Source: Octopus vulgaris
Lineage: Eukaryota
Length of the DNA: 64,000 bases
Reading direction: 5' to 3'
NCBI GenBank assembly: GCA_951406725.2
Contig: OX597817.1
Location: 66,960,001 to 67,024,000 of the forward strand
The translations under genes and the position numbers were made by a program. How positions within the stretch are numbered: position 1 is the first letter of the stretch; each line of letters begins with the position of its first letter. This document shows, piece by piece, positions 36,953 to 50,900 of this stretch. The notes beneath the pieces are model-generated. The model was given only the letters and a program-made list of their open reading frames with translations, did no database searches and had not been told where the DNA came from.

Positions 36953-37720
36953 TCAAGCCCTCCGCAGGTCATTTCCCACCGATTGAAAAGAACAAGGCTG
37001 AATGCATTTGCGGGCTTTATGCTGATACCTGGCGTGGTACCAACAAAGACCGGAACTAGATGAAGAGGAATCGGTCAAGCGTGAACGGGACCGGCTTCGA
37101 CTACGTCGGCGCGAAGAGTTGGAGCGCCCTCCCCAAAGCGCGTCCATTCGGCGTGTTAAGGAGGCAAGTTTCTCCACAATATCATCATGTGACGAGGAAG
37201 GTGCAGTGGAGGAAAACTCTGAGCAAGAGTAGACATGGCGAGGTGCTGGCTGGATAGCGAACTCTAAAATCTTATCGGCTATGGTAGCTAGTTGATCCAC
37301 GGTGTTGGTATCAACCGCTGTGGCTAAGATAGTTTGCACATTGGGAGGTAGCCAGGAGAAGAAAAGCTTCCGTAAAAGCGAGTTGTCTTCAGTCGTGTCG
37401 CTGAGCTCGTGGAGATACCGTAAAAATTGAGACGGCGTCCTGTCTTCTCACTCCTCATCTTGCATAAGCTGCTTAAACTTAGACTCCGCGGATTTAGTGT
37501 TCCGTCGGAGTACCTCGGATTTGACTACCTCGTAGGTCGCATCCGGACGAGGATCAGTGATGAGATCCCTGACTTAAGTAGCGAGTGGTGCAGGAATGCT
37601 ACAGAAGAGAAGATTCAGCTGTTGCTGCGAAGGTACAGCGTGTGCCGCAAAGTACGCCTCCAACTGAGCGAACCAAAGCGTGACGTCACCAGTGAAAGAA
37701 GGAAGATTAGGCAAACTCAT
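36953..37720 (-). pseudogene. Gypsy gag pseudogene
   Basis: MSLPNLPSFTGDVTLWFAQLEAYF...CWYHARYQHKARKCIQPC. Confidence 0.85.
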
Positions 37721-38207
37721 TTTTTTTGTTTTTTTTTCTGTCAGAAGAGAAAAGAAGTGGACAAGAAAATGACAAAAAGTGTTGTTGGAAATAGTAGCGT
37801 GTGAGCGAGAAAAGAAAAAAAAAATCTGAACAAAATTTATAGAATTGTGTACTGTATACGCAGACAAGAAAAGTTTCGTCGCCAAACCTGTTTTTGTGCT
37901 GAAGGAAAAAAAATGCCAAAAAACACTAATTGTATGTGTGTGCTTGCACTAATAAAATTTTACTTTGCAATGTATTTTTTGGGGTGGGGGCGTGACCGGT
38001 AAAATTCTGTATCCACATGGGGCAATTTAAATGTGGCGGCAGGAACGATGGGTGGAAGTTGATGGTCGGTTTGCTAGAAGTTGATGGACGGCTGGAGTTG
38101 TGGCCATTGATGTGTTTATCAGTTGGGGGCAAGTGAAACCCGCAAGTCCGTGATTCAGTTGAGGCATCTATACGATAAAGCTTGCGGCTGCCGAAAATCC
38201 TTTTTCT

Positions 38208-38222
38208 ACGTCGGGGTCACCA
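38208..38222 (-). promoter_or_regulatory. Primer binding site complementary to the tRNA-Trp 3' end
   Basis: Plus strand ACGTCGGGGTCACCA equals the 3' end of eukaryotic tRNA-Trp including CCA; 3 nt from the LTR. Confidence 0.85.
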
Positions 38223-38454
38223 TTTTATAATGGAAGGCAAGGTTTACGATATCGGGAGAATATCGCCTTCTCCCATTATACCTTATTCTTCGTGTAGTTC
38301 GGGCTCTGGCAGGTGAAGAAAGAAGTCTTTAACCACAAATGCAATTTACAACCAGTTTATTTACAAGTTTCGCAGAATAGGTGAAGTGCGTTGCTCTCAG
38401 CAACTATCTCGAGCTGTGTGCGTGGTGTTTTATCTCCATTAATGCGGGTATTAG

Positions 38455-38858
38455 TGCAGGAGTGGCTATGTGGTAAGTAGCTTGCTTACCAACCACATGG
38501 TTCCAGGTTCAGTCCCACTGCGTGGTATCTTGGGCAAGTGTCTTCTGCTATAGCCTCGGGCCGACCAATGACTTGTGATTGGATTTGGTAGACGGAAACT
38601 GAAAGAAGCCTGTCGTATATATGTATATATATATATATTTGTGTGTCTGTGTTTGTCTCCCTAGCATTGCTTGACAACTGATGCTGGTGTGCTTACGTCC
38701 CCGTCACTTAGCGGTTCGGCAAAAGAGACCGATAGAATAAGTACTGGGCTTACAAAGAATAAGTCCCGGGGTCGATTTGCTCGACTAAAGGCGGTGCTCC
38801 AGCATGGCCGCAGTCAAATGACTGAAACAAGTAAAAAGAGTAAAAAAGAGTAAAGAGT
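38455..38858 (+). mobile_element. SINE family A inserted in the 5' LTR
   Basis: A-box-like TGGCTATGTGG and B-box-like GGTTCAGTCCC; LTR homology resumes at 38859. Confidence 0.9.
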
Positions 38859-39076
38859 ATATTGCCTCTGGAGGTATAACATGCAGTCAGGCCCAGCCAG
38901 TGAGGTGTGATCAGCAAACACTGCTGCGGAGAAGCGGAGAGAGAGTGAAACTGTTTCTGCTTTGCCCTTATATACAGTTCGCCATCGCGAGCCACGTTGT
39001 GATCTCGCACATGGCAAATAGATGCAGGTGAGGTCTCGTTCCAGTCTCGGAGATGGGAAGAATAAAAGAATACTTG

Positions 39077-39077
<1 letters not shown>

Positions 39078-39125
<48 letters not shown>

Positions 39126-39136
39126 TATATACATAG

Positions 39137-39173
<37 letters not shown>

Positions 39174-39244
39174 TATATTTATACATATATATACATAGCT
39201 ATATATATATATATATGCATATATTTATACATATATATACATAG

Positions 39245-39303
<59 letters not shown>

Positions 39304-39378
39304 TTCATACATATATATACATAGCTATATATATATACATATATTTATACATATATATACATACATATATATATATAT

Positions 39379-39437
<59 letters not shown>

Positions 39438-39512
39438 AATACATATATATATCCTATATACATACAAGTATACATACGTATATATATGTACATACATACA
39501 TATATATACTAT
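39078..39512. repeat. (TA)n-rich microsatellite
   Basis: Directly visible. Confidence 0.95.
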
Positions 39513-40214
39513 ATAACACCAAAAAAGTTAGGGGTTGTGGGTACAACCCACTAAGGGATGATATTTATCCAATATACTGTTGGTACAATACCCAATTATT
39601 AATACACAAGTGTTTTAATTGCAATGCAATTAACTTATTGTATTAAATGGGTGAAGGTAAAGAAATATTTTACCATTAATTTATATTGCAAATAAAAAAA
39701 ATGGAGAGGCACATTCATATATGTATTGGTGTATATTTGTGCGTATGTATATATAAGCATATACATGTGTTTGGTTGCCCTTTATATATATATGTATGCA
39801 GAATAATACTGAAATAACTATATAGTAACTGTATGATATATGAATATACTGACTTTGATTGTAAAATTAATAAGCTTACATTTTTCATAAACATATGTTT
39901 ATATCATATAATATTCTATATTTTAAATTTCTTATACTATGTATTGCGAATAGATGAATACACGTAATCTAATATTAATAATAATAATAATATTGGTAAT
40001 AATTGAATATTATATATGTACCTATGGATATGGATGTATATGTATGTTCCAGTTTATATAATTAACCGTCTATAAACATGTATGTATGTACATTTATGTC
40101 TATCTATGTATATATGTATGTATATATATATGTGTGTGTGTGTGTTTATATATATTCAAATGTGCGTGTATATTGTTTCATATTTATAGTTATATTTTTA
40201 TGATTGTACTTTAT

Positions 40215-40342
40215 AATCTCTGACGAAGCCTAGAGATATATATCAGTACCTCATTTTCAACTGCCTATCACCTCAATACACTTGACTAATATAGGCAGAA
40301 CGAGATGCGCTTATCTATAGGCTGAAACAGCTGTAAGTGATT
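40215..40342 (+). ncRNA. Type I hammerhead-like motif with a long stem II
   Basis: CTGACGA-AGCCTAGAGATA...TATCTATAGGCT-GAAAC-AGCT-GTA, with palindromic ACAGCTGT and a weak stem I. Confidence 0.6.
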
Positions 40343-40519
40343 TTGATAAGCTATATCCATGTTTTTTAATAACTGCTTGTATTCTTATATTATATGCATA
40401 GAATAATATACTATATGTATTATGTTATTATGGTAGTCGTTTTGATAAATAAAGTCAACATTTTAATGTCCTAAAGTTGATGAACCAGCTAATGTGCTTC
40501 TCCATTTTCTTATTTGCAA

Positions 40520-40554
40520 TATATACTATATACATATATATATATACATATATT

Positions 40555-40643
<89 letters not shown>

Positions 40644-41197
40644 CATATATCTAGATATATATATAGATACATATATCTATATACGTATATATATATATAT
40701 ATAGATACATATATCTATATACGTATATATATATATATACACATATATTTCTATACGTATATATATACATATATTTCTATACGTATATATATATACATAT
40801 ATTTCTATACGTATATATATATATATATATACATATATTTATATACGTATATATATATATATATATTTATATACGTATATATATATGTATATATATATAT
40901 ATATATATATACGTATATATATATACATATATTTATATACGTATATATATATGTATATATATACATATATATATACACGTATATGTATATATATATACGT
41001 GTATATATATATATATACATATATATACGTATATATATATATATACATATATATATACATATATATACGTATATATATATACATATATATATATGTATAT
41101 ATATACGTATATATATATATATGTATATATATACGTATATATATATATACATATATACACATATATATACATATATATATATATACATATATATATA
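40520..41197. repeat. (TA)n/TACG compound microsatellite
   Basis: Directly visible. Confidence 0.95.
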
Positions 41198-41296
41198 ACG
41201 GGAAGCTTTATGAAAATAGACAAAAGACGAAGGCAGGTTTACGGAAATAAACAAAAGACGAAGGCAGGTGGAATATACACATATATATATATACAT

Positions 41297-42105
41297 ATTT
41301 GTGGTGTCCTGTACTCACGTATATATATTTATATATGCATGTATATATACATGTAGATGTAGGTAAGTACATATATGTATGTATGTATGCATATATTTTA
41401 TTTATTACACTATTGTATGACTGAGCGCCCTCGCGTCGTTTCGTTTCCTCCAAGTAAGTTTTTATATATTATTATGACGCGAAACTCTATAACCCTTTGC
41501 TTGACCTTCCCTTCCTTCCTTGTCTTCCTCTATCTCTCTCTCTCACAGCCGGGCGACAACTTCCTTTCGCTTGCGGCCTCCTAACAGTGAACACACGTTC
41601 TTCCTGCGCTCTTAAGAATCTTTCCTCGTCTAGGCCAAAAAAAGGCCCTCATTGTTTGTTTTTATTTCTTGTACTGTATTTTTTTGTAATTGTATTTTTA
41701 TTTTGTATTTTATTTGTATCGTTTTTACGTCCTGTTTTTGTCACATTTTTTTCTTTCCTTGTTTTTACCCCTCTGTGTTCTGTCCTCAGTCTTCGAAACA
41801 CGCTAGAGTTGAACTAGGGACAGCTGATGAAGGGGAATTTTCCTTGTGTAGTTTGTCTTGTACTCTGTTTTTTCGTTGTTAAAAAAGGTCCGTTTCCATG
41901 TTTGTTTTTACGTTTTCGTTTCTCGTTGAGTTCTACGTCTATTTGTGGTGTCCTGTACTCACGTATATATATTTATATATGCATGTATATATACATGTAG
42001 ATGTAGGTACGTACATATATGTATGTATGTATGCATATATTTTATTTATTACACTATTGTATGACTGAGCGCCCTCGTGTCGTTTCCTCCAAGTAAATTT
42101 TTATA
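41297..42105 (+). mobile_element. Non-coding element with ~165-bp terminal direct repeats (pLTR-like)
   Basis: 41297-41470 is nearly identical to 41941-42105. Confidence 0.6.
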
Positions 42106-42511
42106 TATATATATACACACAAATATATATACATATATACAAACATATATATGTATACAAATATATATACATACATATATATATATAAATTAATAAACAA
42201 AATAATATATAAATATAAAAATATACATACATATATATTTGTATATATATATATTTAAAATTTATAAGTTTAAATTATTTTAATAATTTTTAAATTTTTA
42301 ACTTTTATATTTTAAAATTAATTTTATGTATTGGCTTATGTTTTTCACTGTTTGATTTGCCTAATAGTGGTTTTATCTCTAATTTAATATAATATATATA
42401 CATACATATATATATATACAGATGTACATATATATATAAACATATATATATATATATATATATACAAACATATATATACACGGGTATATATATGTATATA
42501 TATACATATAT

Positions 42512-42912
42512 AGGCGCAAGAGTGACTGTATGGTAAGAAGCTTGCTTCTCAATCACATGGTTCCAGGTTCAGTCCTACTGCGTGACACCTTATGCAAGTT
42601 TCTTTTGCTATAGCCTCGAGCCGACCAAAGCCTTGTGAGTGGATTTGGTAGATGGAAACTGAAAGAAGCCCGTCATATATATATCTATATATGTATGTAT
42701 GTGTTTGTTGTTTGTGTCTATGTCCGCCACCATCGCTTGACAACCGATGCTGGTATGTCTCCGTCCCCGTAACTTAGCGGTTCGGCAAAAAGAGCCTGAT
42801 AGAATAAGTACTAGGCTTACAAAGAATAAGTCCTGGGGGTCGATTTCATCGACTAAAGGTGGTGCTTCAGCATGACTGCAGTCAAATGACTGGAACAAGT
42901 AAAAGAGTAAAG
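42512..42912 (+). mobile_element. SINE family A
   Basis: Full-length match to the other copies. Confidence 0.88.
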
Positions 42913-42914
42913 TG

Positions 42915-43164
42915 TATATACATACGTATATGTATACATACATATATATACATATGTATACATACATATACATACATATATATACATACATACATACATA
43001 CGTATATATATATATACATACATACGTATATATATATATACACATACATACATGCATATACATATATATATACACATACATACATGCATATACATATATA
43101 TATATACACATACATACATATACATACGTATATATATATATATACATACATATATATACATACG

Positions 43165-43262
<98 letters not shown>

Positions 43263-43293
43263 CATACATATATATACATATATATATATATAC

Positions 43294-43350
<57 letters not shown>

Positions 43351-43577
43351 CATACATATATATATACATACATATATACATACATATATATACATACATA
43401 CATACATATATACATACATACATATATATACATATATATATACATATATATACATACATATATATATACATACATATATACATATACATACATATATACA
43501 TACATATATACATATACATACATATATACATACATATATATATACATACATATATACATACATACATATATACATAC

Positions 43578-43610
<33 letters not shown>

Positions 43611-43615
43611 CATAC

Positions 43616-43674
<59 letters not shown>

Positions 43675-43681
43675 TATATAC

Positions 43682-43719
<38 letters not shown>

Positions 43720-43800
43720 ATACATATATATATATATATACACATATATATATACATACATATATATATACATACATATATATATATATATATATACATA
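42915..43800. repeat. (TA)n/(TACA)n microsatellite, ~0.9 kb
   Basis: Directly visible. Confidence 0.95.
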
Positions 43801-44408
43801 CACTGGCAAAAATAAATTTAAGACCAGTGATAAAAATTCTATTTCTTACAAAATATTTTGTTACTAACACCATACAAATTATTTCTATCTTTTACACCTT
43901 ATGCAGAATTTATTTCTCTTTCGAATGATGCAGACAATAACTATTTTTATACAACTTGAAGAATTCTAATGCTAAATTAATATAAACGTTTCAAATTTAC
44001 CAGCAAAATTAGTATAAGACCATGTAATATGTATGCAAATTTTTTCGTCAAAATAGGTGGTCACACAACTAGCCTAACTGCACATATATATACATATGAA
44101 TATATATATACAACCGGAAGTTGTAGTTCACAAACAGTAGCAGTAACTTCAGCTGACTACATGTCACTGATTGGTTAAAATTACTCAAATACGACAGCTT
44201 TAACAAAAAATACAAAATTTTGTCAAAAACGCTAAAAGTAAACCGTGTTCTATGTGACACATTCAACCAGTTTCCGAAGTTCCAAACTGTTTTGTTAAAA
44301 AAATTTTTTTAATGTGTGATTGAGATTGAACAGATCTGACTTAAATTTTTTAATAATAACATATGACTTGAGATGTTTGTCTTGCCTTAGCATTTGTTGT
44401 TCTCTTTG

Positions 44409-44457
<49 letters not shown>

Positions 44458-44561
44458 GTTAAATTACATTGGCAAGGGATGTAAAGATAAGAAATAGGTG
44501 GTATGTATATTAATAAACAAACATTAATAACAAACACAAAGAAAATATCTGACAAATAACA

Positions 44562-44567
44562 TTTATT
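44562..44567 (-). terminator. Candidate SNX4 polyadenylation signal
   Basis: AATAAA on the minus strand followed ~25-55 nt downstream by GT/T-rich TTTGTGTTTGTTATTAATGTTTGTTT. Confidence 0.45.
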
Positions 44568-47136
44568 GAAGCATAACAAAGAGGTTTGTGATTTTTGAGA
44601 TCAAGTATCTTTGTTATTACCTTTTTTTTTTTATCATGTCAGTCATAAATTCTAAAGGCATAGACACACATACTACTAATGTGCATCTTGCTCACATTTA
44701 CCTATATTTCCCCCCAAGTTCTGTTAATACAGAATAATAAAAGAAAATACAAATATAGGTAGGTGATTCTCACAACCAAGTATAATACAATTTTTATAAC
44801 AGACAACAAATCTCTGTCAGTTTGTGTCTGCTAAAATTGTTCTACAATCAACTTAAATACTATTGATGTTCATTAACAATGAACCCCATCTTCAGTGATA
44901 AATAGAGACAGATCAAGGAAACCCGTGCAGGTTATTGTGAGTGTAGTAACTGATTTTAATGCAGATGCATAACAGGTTATCATCTGAGTGGTAAACATTG
45001 ATTTATAGTAGAATGGTAATTAAACTAAGAACACTAATATGGCATTTGTTTTTGGTTAAAGAGAAGATTTTTCTGTAAAGCATCACAAATACAATACAGA
45101 CTGAAAACTTGAAACAGATATTATACCAGAAGTTTCTTAACTGATATGGGGGATTTGAAATTTGTACTGATACTTAATCATCTGATTTTATTTATTGCTT
45201 TCTAGTTTTCAGAGCAAGGAAAAGAAATGACACAAATGATCAATAGCTGATGGCTTAATATTTTCCATTAAGCATGGAAAATATGCAGATCCATTAATTC
45301 CACTTTAAAATACAACCTCATGCATAATTGTTGAAATGACTGACATAATCCATCAGAGAACACAAGTTCTTTACCTAATTCAAAATCTGTCATTTTGCAG
45401 TAAACCAATGTGAACAAATGATGTAAACTGTTGAGCAAAAAATATTTATGTCAGTGAAATTTGGCTGAAACTTGAATTGATTTATTCCTTTTATCTCCGA
45501 GAAGATAAAATCTTCTGGGCTAATTCTTCCAGCATTTCAACTTCCAATTACTTCTAAATACACAAAGCATATAATCATTTTATCTCATCACTGGTATTTT
45601 AATGTTTGCTTGAATTAAGTGGACCTTCATGTGTACAACCTACACCATAGTAACAGTAAAACCTTGAAGATTTCTTACAGCTGAAACACTGCTCCCAAAA
45701 TCAACCATGGCATATAAGGAAGAGATAGAAAGGAGGAGTAAGAAAAGAGGAAAAAAAAAAGTAAATTAATACATGCAAATTTCAAAGCTTCATGAAATTT
45801 TAATTAAAAAAATAGTTCTGAAATGGAAAGTTTTTTTGTTATTTCTTTAATATTTAAATATTTTAGAAAAGAATAAACAAAACTTGCAATTTATAGTAAA
45901 TTATGTGGTTTCTCCTTGATTTTTAGTTGAATAATTATCTCTAAAAATATGACAAGAACTATTTTTTGAAGAGCACTTGAAGTAGCTGTTAGAACAAATA
46001 ATCTAAAACAAAAGCAGGGATAGTGATCAGCAAATTTTGATATAAGTGGGAAAATTGCAAACAGAGAATTAAGATTTTTATAACACTGGGGTAACATAAG
46101 AAAAGAAAAAAGAAAACATAACCGTAATACCACAATAACCAAATTTAGTTAAAGTATGACAGCCTTCATGGCATTATTTTCAAGACCTAAACAGTTGGTT
46201 GACTCAATAAATATAGACATTGAAATATTAAATTTTCTGTTAGCAGAAATTGTACATGAAATCAGAATTGAATATTTTCCATCTCTATGAGCAAAGGATT
46301 GTTGGTTGCTTCAGAAAAATTCAGATTTCGCATGATTAACGTTGAAGCAAGAATTTTATGGCCGGCTACTTTCGCTAATTCCAGTTAAGCGCCACATGGA
46401 AACTATATAAGCAAGATAAAGCTGGGTTGTATACCAAGATAAATTCAGATTGCTGTTATAATGGTTTAAAGTATCATGGATATGTTTGTATGCTAATAAA
46501 CCAAGATGGTTTAGTAACATTGCCATGCCACTTTTAATTATTGTATACATGATCAGAATGGGTAAATAATATCTATATAAAAAGACCCAGCCCAATCAAA
46601 TAGCAATATTAAATATTTGTAGGGAAATTTACTCACTGAAGCAATAATCATATTTCCACAAACTGCTATAAACCAGGCAATATATATAAGCATACTTACA
46701 CTCTAGTTTCATATATACATACAAACATATATATATATGTATACATATGAGTGTAGTTACACTTTAACACTTTAGCATTATATGTGTGTGTTATGACAAC
46801 GAAGTCAAATGTAATAGTGACATTTTGAAATCATTTAATAAATTTCAGGTTTGAATAATACATAATAGGAAATGCATCCATTAGGTAAACCTTCTTCACT
46901 TAAAACATTTCAAAATTGGATTTGATTTCATTATTACAACTTATATGACTTGATGCCAATACAAATTGGCTGGTTTACATTCCACTTATGCAGACACTAA
47001 TTCCTATACTGTGCACTGCTTCTTAGTGAGACATGAAGTATATATATATAGTGTTACTTGCGTGAATTTTGCTACCCTGGTAACTGTTTATTAAATTTTC
47101 CATGTTAATGGTAAACAAAGGATAATTTATTCATCC

Positions 47137-47179
<43 letters not shown>

Positions 47180-47913
47180 CACATGTATCATATATATGTG
47201 TAGTTACACTCTAGCTTTATATATATATTTATTCATTCATTCATTTTATGTCTGTTTTTCCATGCTGGAAAATATATGAAGCTAATGTATAATTACACTT
47301 TAACGGAATGTATTGTTACTAGAGGCTGGAAAAAAGAAAAAAAAAAGAAAGCAAGCAGAAAGTAGAGTTTTACCGAAAATCATTGGAATGTAAGGCAACA
47401 GTAGAGCAAGGCAAAGGCTCACATACAAACTGCTTAAGCCAACTAATAAATATATGTTTATATTTTCTGACTTTGTCCAATTATAGATTAATCCTCAATA
47501 AATGTAAATATAGTAGATTAAATAATCATCATTAAATAATAAGTATAAAAACAAAAAAAACTTAAGGAAACTGCAAAACTTCAGGTTTCACAGCTTTGCC
47601 AAAAGCAAATCTCATTTAAATTACTGCCAGTCCATTTAAAGAATAAATAGATAAATAAAAGAAGAAAAAAGGGATTTGTGGAAGGAGTATTTAAATATTT
47701 TCATCATTGTTGTTTTTATGGGTTTGCTTTTTAAAATTTTTTTTTAGTTTTAAACATACACTTTCTGACAAAAAAAAAAAGACAAAAACTCAAAAAACAA
47801 AATAAAAAAAATTATCATTGAGTAGAGAAAGACTGCTCTTATGATGAGATGTGCTGCAGAGGTTTAGGAACCATTTTTGATCAGGGACTACTGCTTTTTT
47901 TTTATTTACTCAT

Positions 47914-47961
47914 TTACATCTTGGCATAGCAATCTTTTGCACTGGTCCAAATTGCAATACC
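47914..47961 (-). CDS. SNX4: SNX4 last coding exon GIAIWTSAKDCYAKM*
   Basis: ttgcag acceptor; TAA at 47914-47916. Confidence 0.92.
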   Translation of the reverse strand, partial: GIAIWTSAKDCYAKM

Positions 47962-50900
47962 CTGCAAAGATAAAGAATCAAATCAAATTTAACTTTTTGG
48001 TAAATGTAATATGGGAATTGGAATATAGGTAAATATGTATTCCTACTAACCTTTTTTGATTGCTTTATTTGCATAATAGCATAGTTTGTGAATATTTCCT
48101 TTAAGTCTTTCACCTTTTGTCTCTCAAATCTATCAATATCTTTGAGTGCTTGCTCCATGAAAACTCTGTACAAGAGAAAATATTTTACATTTAACCCATT
48201 TGTGTCGAAATTTTTCTAGTGAATGAAATTGCCTGAAAATTCAGATACTATTATTTTGAACTAAATAGCAACTGAAAAAAAATTTCATTCAAATCCGTTT
48301 GATACAGACTGCATATGCATTAAGAACACGTTTCATTCTTTGATACAGATTATACACAAATCACAATTTGTATCAAGTATTTATTTTATACCCTTATAAA
48401 TAAGGTGTCAGTTTAAACAGACGACTGGCATGAATGGGTTAATCACCATTTCCACCTCCTATTCATTATTTTACATCCACTTTCTATGCAAACATGTACT
48501 GAACACATCACCACAGTTTGAATCAGTTCTTATTCAGAATTACTGCTCTTCTAGACAAGCTAGAGGACCACATGTTCATTTTTGGCATGGTTTCCACAGC
48601 AGTGGGTGGTGGAGCAGTCTTTGTACCAACCACTTTACAAAAGTGTACTTTATTGTGGCAACAGCACTAGAGTAGAAACAAATGATGTTACTTGTATGAT
48701 ACTAACACTCATTTATGACTATCAAGGAAGACCAAGATAAGGAGGTACAAGCACACACACACATGGGCTTCTTTCAGTTTCTATCTACCAAATTCACTTA
48801 CAATACTTTAGTTGATTTGGGGCTGTAGCAGAAGAAATGTGCCTAAATTTCCATGCAGTGGCAGTTTAGGCCAGTGTCTTCTACAATATAACCCCACAAC
48901 CATGCTGGCACCTATATACATATGATGAGGGCACATAGCTCAGTGGTTAGAGCATTGGGTTCACACTCATGAGGTAATGAGTTCAATTCCCAGACCGAGC
49001 TCTGTTGTGTTCTTGACCAAGACACTTTATTTCACATGGCTCCAGTCCATTCTGCTGTAGAAATGAGTTGTGATGTCATTGGTGCCAAGCTGTATCAGCC
49101 TTTGCCTTTTCCTTGGATAATATTGGTGGCACGGAGAGGGGAGGCTGGTATGCATGGGTGACTGCTGGTCTTCCATTAACAACCTTGCCCAGACTTGTTC
49201 CTTGGAAGGGAACTTTCTAGGTGCAATCCCATGATCAAGCACGACCGAAGGGTGGGGTCTAGTGAAGATGTATCTCTTACAATACAATAACATTTCAAAT
49301 AATTCACTATATCTCAATTTGGAGTATTTGCCTTCAAAGATGGTTGTAAATACATACTGAGTATCTGCTGTAACAACTTTTAATTCAACTTCAGAATCCT
49401 GAATTTGCTGTTCAAGGACTTTAACTTTCTGGTCTCTTTGCTCAGGTGTATCACCGCCAAATAGTTTGGTTTTGACATTTGAAAGAGTAAAGCCACCTTG
49501 CTGTTTCCCTTGATTCTAGAGATAAAAAAAAGGAAACAAAAAACAAAATCTTTTGTGAAAGCAGAAAGTTAATTTTAACAAGAGTAAGATATAAACAATT
49601 GAATCATTATATATATATACATTGTGGCAATCCGTTGGTTATGATGACGAGGGTTCCAGTTGATCTGATCAACAGAACAGCTTGTTCGTGAAATTAACAC
49701 CATGAATCTTCCGGAGAACTACATAAAGGTCATGCATATTCGTGGCGTGCTCAGTCGCTTGCATGTTAATTTCATGAGCAGGCTGTTCCATTGATCAACT
49801 GCAACCCTCATAGTCATAACTGATGAGTTGCCAATACATACATACATGATAAGCTTCTTTCAGTTTCCATCTACTAAATCCATTCATAAGGTGTTAGTTG
49901 GCCTGAGGCCATAATAGAAAGCATCTCCAAGGTGCTACACCATGGGACTGAACTCAAAACCATGTGGTTTGGAAGCAAACTTGTAAACTACATGACCATG
50001 CCAAGATAGGTTTATGCATAATTTACATCAACCAAATTTCATTCACAATGTATCTGTCAACCCTGGGCTATGATAACATTCAATAAACAATTTTATTGTC
50101 GTTATTATGAGGATAATTAACTGAAAATCTATATACTACTAAAACTCTGGTTGCTTGCTTGCTTGTCTGTCATTTAATACAGCCAAACTGGCGCATAATG
50201 GGAAAATACTATGAATGTGAATACAAACAGAAAGAAACAAGTTTCGTGTAAATTGGACCACGGATTCCTAAGATGTGGAGTGGTTTTAGTATTTATCAAT
50301 ACCCAAAACAGTGCATAATGGAACAATACACCAAAAATAACAATCCTGGAAGGGAAGAAACTCAGCCCCACGTGAGTTTAAACCCATTCTAGATTGGAAG
50401 GCAGACATTAAACACTGATGATGATGAATTTATTAATGGTGTCCCAGTTATAACCATCCCTACTTTATTTTGGTTTTTTGTTTAGTCATAGTGCAGCTGC
50501 AATTGAACTGATCTTAGATCAAAGGCATTCTAGTCACGACCATCTAATCCCTGGTTTTATTAATAATACTGAGTCGGCTTTGATTCAGCAGACGTAAGAA
50601 AGGTGTACAAGATGTGGCCATCATGTCTTTTACTGTTGTTGCCAACATTCAAGTTGTAACCATCTTTTGTTCTTATTGCTGTTTAGCCATAGGTTAGCTC
50701 AGATCATGCAGAGCTATCTTTGATGAAAGGTATTCCAGTCTTGACTATCCTGTCTTTCATTAGGAGTTCATTATCCAATGTACATTTTTCTAAGATAATG
50801 AGATATGATTAGAAGGAAATTTGGCTGCTATTTCTGGCACCTAGAGCAGTGGTTCTCAATTGGGTTCCACGTAAGATTTTATTGTTAAAACATGTGCAAT

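Larger units (their letters stand above)
33136..39057 (-). mobile_element. Ty3/Gypsy LTR retrotransposon, decayed
   Basis: LTRs at 33136-33571 and 38226-~39057 (the latter SINE-interrupted). PBS at 38208-38222, PPT-like AGTGGGGAG beside the 3' LTR, domain order gag-PR-RT-RH-IN. Confidence 0.93.

Noticed and set aside
41785-41845. Type II hammerhead
   Set aside because: The motifs are in permuted order, but stems I and III do not pair convincingly.
47910-48173. 87-aa ORF as an independent gene
   Set aside because: It is an SNX4 exon read through into the intron.
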